NCBI GenBank assembly: GCA_963768835.1
Contig: CAVYJB010000002.1
Location: 298,466-362,465 of the forward strand
Origin: an uncultured bacterium
Lineage (GTDB): Bacteria > Patescibacteriota > Minisyncoccia > UBA6257 > GWB1-50-10
Direction: 5' to 3'
Length of the DNA: 64,000 nucleotides
Part shown: piece after piece, positions 1 through 8,426 of the stretch
Numbering within the stretch: position 1 is the stretch's first letter
Layout: each line of letters opens with the position of its first letter
Notes under the pieces: model-generated
What the model was told of the DNA's origin: nothing
Database searches by the model: none
What the model saw: only the letters and a program-made list of their open reading frames with translations
Made by a program: the position numbers and the translations under genes

Positions 1-761
1 GTGGTCCCCGAGCCGACCGGCGACCGCGCGCTGGCGGACGGGGACAGCGGGTAGAACACCGGTCCGGAGAGCACCTCGCCCGTCGTCTCTCTCCACAGTT
101 CAGCGAACGCCCCCTGCGTGGCCTGCGCCATGGTACCGTCCACCTGGATCATAAAATCGTCCCACTGGCCGAAACCGTCCGCGTCCGTGATCCAGTAATC
201 CGCGATCCCCACGGAACCGAAGAACGCGGTCTTACCATCGAATACCAACGCGCGCATATGGTCGCGCTCATCGTATTGGATGGGGTCGCGCAACGAGAAC
301 GGATGATACTCGGCAACTTTCCCTCCCGACTGTTCCAGGGCCTGGATATTTTTCTTCGATAGATACGTGCTGCCGAACGAATCAAAGAGAACACGCACGG
401 CCACGCCGCGCTGGGCGGCGGCAATCAAGGTGGTGAAGACCTGGTCGCTGAAAGCGCCGTCCTTCCATGAATAGTCGGTGATATCGATGGAGCTGGAGGC
501 ATTCCGTATCGCGCCGAGAAGCGCCGGCAGAAAAGCGGTGTCGGGCACCAGCGTGACGGGGTCGCCCTGCCCCGACGGGGCATTCGTCAGATGGGACAGG
601 GCCGCGAGAAATTCCGGCGAGCCGACGGGAGCGGTGGCGCTGGTGAGCGTGAGCGGCGTGTTATTTCTTGTGCCGGGGATCACCAGGATACCGATGAGCG
701 TCAGAACGAAAATGACGCCGAGCGTCACGAGAATTACGAAGAACCCCCGAACGATTTTCAT
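1..761 (-). CDS. Phospholipase D / cardiolipin synthase-like protein. N-terminal ~253 aa; the gene continues beyond the window start.
   Basis: The minus-strand frame is open from ATG (revcomp at 759-761) to position 1 with no stop, and a stop lies 2 codons upstream of the ATG. The N-terminus is a signal/TM anchor (MKIVRGFFVILVTLGVIFVLTLIGILVIPG). An HKD-like motif reads DHMRALVFDGKTAFFGSVGIADYW (H-x-R-x4-D ... GS). Confidence 0.55.
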   Translation of the reverse strand, partial: MKIVRGFFVILVTLGVIFVLTLIGILVIPGTRNNTPLTLTSATAPVGSPEFLAALSHLTNAPSGQGDPVTLVPDTAFLPALLGAIRNASSSIDITDYSWKDGAFSDQVFTTLIAAAQRGVAVRVLFDSFGSTYLSKKNIQALEQSGGKVAEYHPFSLRDPIQYDERDHMRALVFDGKTAFFGSVGIADYWITDADGFGQWDDFMIQVDGTMAQATQGAFAELWRETTGEVLSGPVFYPLSPSASARSPVGSGT

Positions 762-1069
762 GCTATTTTATTGGTTTATTGTATCAGATTTGGGGCTCGC
801 GCAGGCTTATTTCTTGCCTCGCCCCACTCTAAGGCTCTAGAACCAATCTCGCAAGAACGCGGAGTATTCTTGACACCCCGCCCCATCCTTGTTAGACCGA
901 GGGTAGCTCGTTCCAACTAAAACAACCAGAAAGGAGATATGACGGTGGGAACCGAGAAAAGAGAATCTCGATTGACACATGGGCGACGCTCACGGCATTC
1001 GCCCTTGCGTTTTTGGTCGCGGTGGCACACCTGCAGGTTCACTGGTAATCACCATTCTAGGAGGGTGGC

Positions 1070-2136
1070 ATGAATAACAAGCTGCGTACGGCGCTTACCC
1101 TTATACCAGGGGTCCTGCTGCTCTTTGTGGTGGGATATGCCGGCAAGTTCTTGGAAGCGACGGTGAACGCCTATACCAAGGCGAACCAGTATCGGTGTTT
1201 CCGAATATCGAGTACGTTCTCTGGGCCATCGCGGTCGGTCTCGTCATCGCGAACACCATCGGTGGGTATCCCTTCTTCGCCCGTTTCTTTGGGCCCGGGG
1301 TGCGCACCTACGAGTTCTTCCTTAAGCTTGGCATCGTCCTCCTCGGCGCGCGCTTTCTTCCAGGCGACGTGCGCCAGATGGGAGCCCTAGGTCTCGTGCT
1401 GGTCCCTATAGAGATCGTGGGATCCTTGGTCCTTATGACGGTGCTCGGGCGATGGTTCGGACTCAATAAAAAACTCACCGATTTGCTTGCGGTGGGCTCG
1501 GGAATTTGCGGCGTCTCGGCGATCATCGCGACACAGGGAGCGATTGAGGCGGAAGAAAAGGACTCCGCGACTGCGATCGCAGCCATCCTTGCGATCGGAG
1601 CGTTCGAGTTATTCCTCTTCCCGGTGATCGGCGGTGCCCTGCATCTTTCGGATAAAGCGTTCGGGTTCTGGGCGGGGCTCGGTGTCGACAACACGGCGGA
1701 AGTGGTGGCGACGGGTGCCCTCTTCTCGGATGCGGCGGCCAAGTATGCGGCGCTTGTGAAGACCTTCCGGAACGCCACAATCGGCCTTGTCGTCCTCTAC
1801 TACGCCTATAAGTGGGCGAAACAAGGAGGGGCAAGGACGATTGCCAACAAAGGAGCGTTCCTGTGAAGCAAATTCCCCAAGTTTGTGATTGGATTCATCG
1901 TGATCTTGGGGCTTGCGGGCGTAAAAGCATTCGACCAAGCGCAGCTTGTGAGCCTTGGCAATCTGTCCCGCTGGGCATTCCTCTTTACCTTCGCGGGTGT
2001 CGGATTGCGCATCAATATCCGCGAGATGCTCAAGCAAGGTCTGCGGTCCTTCCTGGTCGGCGCCATCGGCATGGTGAGCATTGCCTTTCTCACTCTCCTT
2101 CTCGTGCTCGTTGCAGACAGATTTTTCGGTCTGTAG
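1070..2136 (+). pseudogene. yeiH: YeiH/UPF0324-family membrane protein (putative sulfate exporter), disrupted by a frameshift near 1190 and an in-frame TGA at 1864-1866.
   Basis: The YeiH-like N-terminus (MNNKLRTALTLIPGVLLLFVVGYAGKFLEATV...) is in frame 2. Homology continues in frame 1 from ~1195 (NTIGGYPFFARFF...LGIVLLGARF...VGSGICGVSAIIATQGAIEAEEKD...). After TGA at 1864-1866 the same frame continues with the YeiH C-terminus (SKFPKFVIGFIVILGLAG...). Confidence 0.6.
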
Positions 2137-2337
2137 TGTTTCCCGAGAACTACGAGAAGCATTGATTCGAGTGGGAGCGTGGCAGTTTATCGGTCATCTT
2201 GTAATCGCAGGGCGGTTTCCTTCGGGAGACCGCCCTATTTTTATTAGGATTCCAACGCGTCCACGCTTGACTTATTAGGCACGCTGCCATTCAATGGGGT
2301 TAGTTCCCAGTCATTCATTCCAAGAAGGAGGCAGTAC

Positions 2338-3537
2338 ATGAACAATACAATAGCAGCTATAGATTTGAAGGCATTCCTCTCTCCCGAGCCCGTTCCGGTT
2401 GAGGGGGTCGCGCGCGCGGTCCAGATCATGGAAAGCGGCGCAATGTTCCGGTATCTTGCAAAGAGCCCGGAGGATTCAGAGGTTTCGCTCCTCGAGCGAG
2501 ATTTTGCCAAGTTCATGGGAGTGCGATATGCGCTCGCGCTGAACTCGTGCACAAGCGCTATCATGATCGCACTCCGTGCCTGTGGCGCTGCGATAGGGGA
2601 GAAAATCCCCGTTCCGGCATTCACCTTCACTGCCGTGCCAAGCGCGATCCAAAACATCGGCGCAGTGCCGGTCCTTGTGGAGTGCAACGCCGCGTATCGC
2701 GTCGACCTTGAGGACCTGAGGCGGAGACTCACTCCCGAAGTGAAACTATTCCTCTTGTCTCATATGCGGGGGAATATCTCTGACATCGACGCCATCAAGG
2801 CGATCTGCAGCGTACGTGATATTACGCTTGTTGAGGATGCCGCTCATGGTCTCGGCGCTCAGTGGACGAACAAGCTCGTCGGCTCGTTCGGCGCAGTGGG
2901 CTGCTTCAGCTTCCAGTCCAACAAAATTGTGAACGCGGGAGAAGGCGGTATGCTCACGACGGACGACCCGGAAATCATGGCAAAGGCCGTGATCCTCTCC
3001 GGTGCCTACGAGCAGCTCCATGAAAAGCATTTCTGGAGCGGCGAACTTCGGGAGTACTTTATCCAGTGGCGAAAACGTCTTCCGCTCAACAACATGCGGA
3101 TGACGGAGTACGCTGCCGCAATCGTGCGACCGCAGCTCCCCCTCGTCCTCGAACGAGCGAAAACCTTCCAAGCGCATTACGCCTACCTTGCGGCGAGGCT
3201 CGCTGCCTCGGAGCGAATCGAGCTCCCCCCCGAAGATGCGAGGGAACTCCGAGCCCCCGACTCTATCCAGTTCCGCGTTAGGGGCTTCTCGCAACCGCAG
3301 ATGCAGCGCTTCGTGGAAAAGGTCAAGAAGGCCGGCTTCCCTCTTTCCGCATTCGGAGCGGACCCGGACAACGCGCGGGTGCCGTGGAACTGGGAATATC
3401 TCGGGAATGTCCCGGATGTACCCAAGACCAAGGCCTACCTCGCCGGCGCGTGCGATATGCGCCTTCCGTCGGTCCTCACCACCGAACACCTCGATCTCTT
3501 CGCGGACGCGGTCCTCGCGGCCGTCCGAGAGACCTAA
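2338..3537 (+). CDS. DegT/DnrJ/EryC1/StrS-family PLP-dependent sugar aminotransferase
   Basis: 399-aa ORF. The SFQSNKIVNAGEGG motif contains the PLP-lysine and is typical of DegT-family enzymes. SD AAGGAGG lies at 2323-2329. Confidence 0.85.
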   Translation: MNNTIAAIDLKAFLSPEPVPVEGVARAVQIMESGAMFRYLAKSPEDSEVSLLERDFAKFMGVRYALALNSCTSAIMIALRACGAAIGEKIPVPAFTFTAVPSAIQNIGAVPVLVECNAAYRVDLEDLRRRLTPEVKLFLLSHMRGNISDIDAIKAICSVRDITLVEDAAHGLGAQWTNKLVGSFGAVGCFSFQSNKIVNAGEGGMLTTDDPEIMAKAVILSGAYEQLHEKHFWSGELREYFIQWRKRLPLNNMRMTEYAAAIVRPQLPLVLERAKTFQAHYAYLAARLAASERIELPPEDARELRAPDSIQFRVRGFSQPQMQRFVEKVKKAGFPLSAFGADPDNARVPWNWEYLGNVPDVPKTKAYLAGACDMRLPSVLTTEHLDLFADAVLAAVRET

Positions 3538-3595
3538 GACGTGACATGTATCAAAAGCCGTCCCCAGCCTTGTTGCTGCGGACGGCTTCTTTTAA

Positions 3596-4282
3596 TCAGT
3601 GTTCCCTTCGGACGAGGATGAACGGCGTGAGTTCCCGGTCCTGCCCCATCGGGTTGTCGAGGAGAATGAGACGGACCGTCTTCGCGTCCACGGGCATGCC
3701 CGCGCTCATGGCGATTATTTTCACGTTGATATCGTTTCCATCGATGATGACCGCGGGCAGCCCCGTTTCTTTTTCAACCCGCTCACATTCCTTTCGGGGG
3801 TCGTGGGGGGGCAAGGCGGCCCACTCGTTATACGGGGGCATCACGACCGGGTTGAACCCGTCGATTTCCCCGAGTCGCTCGCCGACGATTCTCCAAAAGA
3901 TTCCGCGAATGCCGAAGAGCTTCCCGATACCGCCCACGATCATGGCGAGAACCACTCGGGGTTTGCCGGCGATGTCCACCACAAGCTGCATTTTCTCGGG
4001 GCTGTCCCATCCGCGATCGTCGCGGTATTTTCTGACACCCTTGACGACGAGCCGTGCGAGCCAGCCGATCTTCACCGTCGAGATGTGCCGCATGTTGTTC
4101 TGCGTGACCGAAACCACCTTCTCGGAAAGCGCGATCCAATCTTCTTTCTGAGATTGGGGGACCGCGTAGGTGTTGATGACCGAGACGAGATCCTCGCTGA
4201 ATTTAATAAGGTGGGTTTTCACCGCGATGCGCCGCCAGGCGACACCGTCCACCGTGCGAAGAGGGGAGAAGGAACGCGACAT
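3596..4282 (-). CDS. Conserved hypothetical protein. Weak similarity to the CofE / F420-0:gamma-glutamyl ligase-like family.
   Basis: 228-aa ORF. Segments such as GLPAVIIDGNDINVK and the C-terminal TPFILVRRE align loosely with CofE motifs (G..VIITDTNGR; IPAVVVRGL). The family assignment is tentative. Confidence 0.55.
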   Translation of the reverse strand: MSRSFSPLRTVDGVAWRRIAVKTHLIKFSEDLVSVINTYAVPQSQKEDWIALSEKVVSVTQNNMRHISTVKIGWLARLVVKGVRKYRDDRGWDSPEKMQLVVDIAGKPRVVLAMIVGGIGKLFGIRGIFWRIVGERLGEIDGFNPVVMPPYNEWAALPPHDPRKECERVEKETGLPAVIIDGNDINVKIIAMSAGMPVDAKTVRLILLDNPMGQDRELTPFILVRREH

Positions 4283-4352
4283 GGGCTTTATACGTACATA
4301 ATACCCAAAATCCCCTGTGATGCGAAGAGGGGACGTGGATCGGAATAAGGTT

Positions 4353-4387
4353 CTTCTGCAAATAGAAACCCTCCCAGAGGGAGGGTT
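4353..4387 (-). terminator. Putative terminator hairpin downstream of the GT2 gene
   Basis: Perfect 9-bp stem aaccctccc/gggagggtt with an aga loop at 4367-4387, followed on the minus strand by UUCUAUUUGCAG. Confidence 0.4.
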
Positions 4388-4408
4388 ATGCTGCGAGGTG
4401 ATTATAGG

Positions 4409-5128
4409 TTACTTCCAGTATTTCATATGCTCCTTTCGCCGGAAGTATGCCTGATCGTTTCCGTGAAGCGCCGTTTGGAGAAACATGTACGCCATTCTGC
4501 GGTATCCATTTTTCCGGAGCCGCCGATCGCTCGTCCATACGGTGCCTGGGACAATCGCGAACCGCCTCCGGGGGACTTGCCGCGTGAGCTGGTAATCCTC
4601 CGCGTAGAGCGCCTGTTCGTCGAATCCGCCGAGAGCACGAAATGCGGCCGTACGGAAAAGAAGAAACATCCCGATGCCGAACGGCTCTCCGAACCATCTC
4701 GAGAGACGCTGGGCGAGGTTGCTGAGCGCGAAAGCCCCGTTGTCGAAAGGGTATCCATTGCGGATCCATACGCAGGTGGAGACGCAGTCGAGTTTGCGAC
4801 GCGTGGCGAGCTCGACGGCGCGGCGGACAAGGGTCGGGTCGTGGAGTTCCACGTCCGCGTCGAGAAAAAGCACGAAGGTGCTGCATGCTTCAAACGCGCC
4901 TGCATTCCGTCCTACGCTCGGCAACCCTCCCGTGACCGCACGGATTTGAAGACGGTCGGAAAATGCTTTCACGATTTCCAGCGTTCCGTCGGTCGACCCG
5001 GCATCTGCCACAATGATGGGGGTGAGGGGGAGCGCGGGATAATCCTGCGCGTGGATCGAGCGGAGGAGCGCAGGAAGCAGTGCCGCTTCATTTTTCGCGG
5101 GTATGACGATTGTGAGTTCCTTTTCCAT
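4409..5128 (-). CDS. Family 2 glycosyltransferase (GT2)
   Basis: 239 aa. N-terminus TIVIPAKNEA with a DAD/DXD-type motif (LDADVEL). GT2 fold hallmarks. Confidence 0.85.
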   Translation of the reverse strand: MEKELTIVIPAKNEAALLPALLRSIHAQDYPALPLTPIIVADAGSTDGTLEIVKAFSDRLQIRAVTGGLPSVGRNAGAFEACSTFVLFLDADVELHDPTLVRRAVELATRRKLDCVSTCVWIRNGYPFDNGAFALSNLAQRLSRWFGEPFGIGMFLLFRTAAFRALGGFDEQALYAEDYQLTRQVPRRRFAIVPGTVWTSDRRLRKNGYRRMAYMFLQTALHGNDQAYFRRKEHMKYWK

Positions 5129-5235
5129 GCGCCCAAGCCTTCCGGAATTGGTGGACGAAGTTGGGATGAACTATCTATACCATATCGTCTCTCCGCGGGA
5201 AGTCAATTTCATAAACGGTTTGCTATCATTATTCT

Positions 5236-6084
5236 ATGAGTTCCTTCGTGGCCACGGTTCTACAGCTTGCCCTGTCCCTTCTCTTGGCGGTGCAAAACAA
5301 TCCATCGCTTCCGGCGGCGCAGCAGCAGCAGGCGATTGCAACGGCGATGCAGGCGATCCAGTTGGTGGCGCAAGTCGCGCAGCCCGGCTCCGGGCTTTTG
5401 CATACGCCGACAACCCCGCTCGCCGCGGCGGGTAGCCCCGTCATTGCAAGCTCCACGACTCAACTGCCGGCAATCAATAGCCCTGCGGTCTCAAGTTCGA
5501 TAACGAACCAAGCCATCGGCAGCCCAGTAGCTCCCGCGAGCGGAAGTTCTAGGGTCAGTGCAACGGCTATGGGCGTAAGCGTGAACCGGGTGAAGGCCGC
5601 GAACGACGACATCGGATCCCTTACCTTCCCCGCCAGTGCCGCGGGAGCGATCGCCTTGAACAAGATCGTGGTGACTTTCGGCGGCACCGCGCCCTCTTCC
5701 ACGACCTTCTTGTCCGCTGACAACATTATTCTCTTTGATCCCTCGATGGGTCTCCCGGCGGCCGGGTACGCACCGTCGTTCTCGGCGCCCTGCAACGGTT
5801 CGAATACCTGTACGGCGACCTTCGCCTTCGGCGCGGGCCCCGCGGGGTTTCAGATCTCCGCGGGCACGGCGAAAACCTTCACGGTCCGCATCGGAGATGA
5901 GAACTCGACCCTGCTCGCAGGTTCGGGCGGTGTGACGGAATCTCTCTCTGCGTCCATCCAGAATGTGGGCGATATCACGTTTACGGACGGGCTCGACAGC
6001 TCCGCCGCGACGAACGTCAGCGTGCCGGCGACGAACCCCCTCCCGCTCACGATCAACTCGGTAGGGTTCACGCAGGGCCAGTGA
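5236..6084 (+). CDS. Hypothetical secreted Ala/Ser/Thr-rich protein
   Basis: 282-aa ORF with a hydrophobic N-terminus (VATVLQLALSLLLAV). The antisense ORF 5491-6405 is Arg-rich and looks like a shadow. Confidence 0.45.
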   Translation: MSSFVATVLQLALSLLLAVQNNPSLPAAQQQQAIATAMQAIQLVAQVAQPGSGLLHTPTTPLAAAGSPVIASSTTQLPAINSPAVSSSITNQAIGSPVAPASGSSRVSATAMGVSVNRVKAANDDIGSLTFPASAAGAIALNKIVVTFGGTAPSSTTFLSADNIILFDPSMGLPAAGYAPSFSAPCNGSNTCTATFAFGAGPAGFQISAGTAKTFTVRIGDENSTLLAGSGGVTESLSASIQNVGDITFTDGLDSSAATNVSVPATNPLPLTINSVGFTQGQ

Positions 6085-6111
6085 CGGACTCTCCGCCCGA
6101 TTCTCGACATA

Positions 6112-6117
6112 GTATAA
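6112..6117 (+). promoter_or_regulatory. -10 box (TATAAT) upstream of the histidine kinase gene. SD AAGGAG lies at 6152-6157.
   Basis: cgacatagTATAATagacgg; AAGGAG lies 12 nt before ATG 6169. Confidence 0.4.
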
Positions 6118-6168
6118 TAGACGGTACGGAACCCTAAGAGCACCGACTTCAAGGAGATTCTCTGTAGT

Positions 6169-7842
6169 ATGGAACCAGCACCAATCCCGGAAAACGAAGA
6201 ACAGCGACTGGCATCGCTGCACAACCTGGCTCTTCTGGACACCGCTCCCGAGGAACGGTTTGACGTGATTACGCGGACTGCCACGAGGATTTTTCATGTT
6301 CCGATTTCCACGTTGACGCTGGTGGATTCGAAGCGAGAGTGGTTCAAGTCGTGCCAAGGCTTGCCCGCGCGGGAAGGGGACCGGGCGATCTCTTTTTGCG
6401 GGCACGCGCTCCTTTCGCCGGATATCATGGTGGTCCCCGACACTAAAAAGGATCCGAGGTTTGCAGATAATCCGATGGTTACCGGGGAGCCTTACCTGCG
6501 CTTCTATGCGGGCGTGCCGGTGGTGAGCGCGGATGGTGCGAGGGTCGGGGTCGTTTGCATCAAAGACACCAAACCGCGAAAGTTTTCAAAAGACGAGGAA
6601 GAGACCCTCAAGGGACTCGCCGTCTGGGCGGAGGTAGAGATCAACTCCCATAATTTGAGCCAGGCCCTGACCGAGGAGCGCAGAATGCGGATAGATCTGA
6701 AGGTGCAGACCGAGCAGTTGGAAAGACTGGATAAGGCCCAAGAAGAAACGAGCGCGAAAGAGGCGGCAATTTTGGCGAGCATCGCGGATGGGTGCATCGC
6801 GGTCAACGTGAACGGCGAGATCATCTTGATCAACCAGACGGCCCAGAAGATGCTCGGCTACACGACCGAAGAATCGATGGGGAAGAAGTGGTACGAGATA
6901 CTGCACCGCCAGGACGAGAACGGTAATCTGATATCGCCCGGGCAGGGGGCTATCAGCGCCGCGCTTTCCACCACCACCACTGTCGACGGCATCACCTCCT
7001 CCTATTATGTGAGAAAAGACGGGACGAGATTCCCTGTGTCGAGGACGGTGGCTCCCATAACTCTTCAAGGGAAGGTGATCGGAGCTGTGAATACGTTCCG
7101 AGACATCACCCATGAACAAGAGGTCGATCGCGCGAAAAGCGAATTCATTTCCATCGCTTCCCACCAAATGCGGACACCTCTTACCGGCATTCAGTGGGTC
7201 GTCGAGCGGTTTACAAAAAAAGAGAAGCTGACCCCGAAGGGGAAAGAGTACCTCGACGACATCCACACGTCTTCGAAGAAGCTTACCGAATTGGTGGACC
7301 TCATGTTAAACCTGTCCCGTATCGAAGCCGGCAAGGTCGGGGTGACGCCGGAGCCGATCGAGGTGGTGAGTTTTGTGAAAGGGTATCTCCAAGAGGTTGG
7401 GATGCTCTCCGAAAAGAAAGGGCTGAAGGTGGTTTTCGAGGATCACCCGGCGGAGCTTACCGCGAAAACCGACAAGAACAATCTGCGCAACATCGTTCAA
7501 AACCTGATCTCCAATGCGATCGAGTACACCCCCGAAAAGGGGAGGGTAGAAATCGCCATTCAAAAGAAGGCTGACACCTTCCTCATGAAAGTGAAAGACA
7601 CCGGCATCGGCATACCCAAGGCAGAGCAACACCAAATTTTCGAGAAGTTCGCGAGAGCAAACAATGCCAAACTTTATAAAACGGATGGAACCGGCATCGG
7701 CCTTTATATCGCCAGCCGCGCCGCCGACCTCTTGGGCGGGAAGATCTGGTTTGAGTCAGAAGAGAACAAGGGAAGCACGTTTTATGTTGAGCTGCCGCTA
7801 GAATTTAAGCCCAAAGAAGAGCGGAAACCCGTTGCCAGCTGA
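6169..7842 (+). CDS. Sensor histidine kinase with GAF and PAS domains
   Basis: 557 aa. N-terminal GAF domain (FCGHALLSPDIMVVPDTKKDPRFADNP...YAGVPV), PAS domain (ILASIADGCIAVNVNGEIILINQTAQKMLGY), HisKA H-box (SIASHQMRTPL) and HATPase_c G-boxes (GTGIGLYIASRAADLLGGKIWFESEENKGSTF). Confidence 0.9.
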   Translation: MEPAPIPENEEQRLASLHNLALLDTAPEERFDVITRTATRIFHVPISTLTLVDSKREWFKSCQGLPAREGDRAISFCGHALLSPDIMVVPDTKKDPRFADNPMVTGEPYLRFYAGVPVVSADGARVGVVCIKDTKPRKFSKDEEETLKGLAVWAEVEINSHNLSQALTEERRMRIDLKVQTEQLERLDKAQEETSAKEAAILASIADGCIAVNVNGEIILINQTAQKMLGYTTEESMGKKWYEILHRQDENGNLISPGQGAISAALSTTTTVDGITSSYYVRKDGTRFPVSRTVAPITLQGKVIGAVNTFRDITHEQEVDRAKSEFISIASHQMRTPLTGIQWVVERFTKKEKLTPKGKEYLDDIHTSSKKLTELVDLMLNLSRIEAGKVGVTPEPIEVVSFVKGYLQEVGMLSEKKGLKVVFEDHPAELTAKTDKNNLRNIVQNLISNAIEYTPEKGRVEIAIQKKADTFLMKVKDTGIGIPKAEQHQIFEKFARANNAKLYKTDGTGIGLYIASRAADLLGGKIWFESEENKGSTFYVELPLEFKPKEERKPVAS

Positions 7843-7868
7843 AAACGTTTATTGTAGCATTTAAAGTA

Positions 7869-8273
7869 ATGAGCAAAGCAAAAATCCTTTTAGTAGAAGA
7901 CGATGAGGTGCTGTCTAAGGTTGCCCACGAAGAGCTGACCGAAGCCGGCTTCGAGGTTTTCCAAGCTTATGACGGCGAAGCGGGCTTGGCGATGGCACAC
8001 GAGAAGAAACCGGACTTGATCCTGCTCGATATCCTGTTGCCCAAAAAGAACGGTTTTGATGTTTTGGAAACCCTGAAGAAAACTCCCGAAGCTCGTATCC
8101 CCGTCATCCTGCTTACGATGCTGGGGAGCGACGACGATATCAAGAAAGGCCTGCGTCTCGGGGCCAATGATTATATCGTAAAATCCCAACACGCCCTTCC
8201 TGAAATCGTGGAGAAAGTGAAGGATTTTTTCTCCCAAGAGCAGCACCCCCAGGCTACGCAGCCCAAGCTGTAG
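7869..8273 (+). CDS. Single-domain response regulator (CheY-like receiver, no output domain)
   Basis: 134 aa. KILLVEDDEV...LILLDILLP...ANDYIVKS receiver motifs. Lies 26 nt downstream of the kinase. Confidence 0.9.
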   Translation: MSKAKILLVEDDEVLSKVAHEELTEAGFEVFQAYDGEAGLAMAHEKKPDLILLDILLPKKNGFDVLETLKKTPEARIPVILLTMLGSDDDIKKGLRLGANDYIVKSQHALPEIVEKVKDFFSQEQHPQATQPKL

Positions 8274-8426
8274 AAGGTAACGAACCTCCGTTCTCGCAGC
8301 TCTCTTTTACCCGTGCGGCATACCAATATATCGTTCCATAACAATAAAACGAGGAGTAGGAATTTTTCTATATAACGTTGCCAGTCGCCGCGTTATTTTT
8401 CATATAGCACCGTACGTAATAATTCC

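Noticed and set aside
1864-1866. In-frame TGA in the YeiH gene as evidence for an alternative genetic code or selenocysteine
   Set aside because: TGA terminates many well-conserved genes in the window (histidine kinase, GT28, P-type ATPase, permease) at their expected C-termini. The same gene also carries a frameshift, so disruption is more parsimonious.
1308-2165. Multiple overlapping ORFs on both strands (1308-1778 -, 1609-2037 -, 1812-2165 +) across the YeiH region
   Set aside because: All overlap segments with clear YeiH homology in the + strand frames 1 and 2, and none has a domain signature.
5491-6405. 304-aa minus-strand ORF overlapping the 5236-6084 gene and the histidine kinase start
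   Set aside because: Extremely Arg-rich with no domain signature. It overlaps a bona fide GAF domain N-terminus on the other strand.
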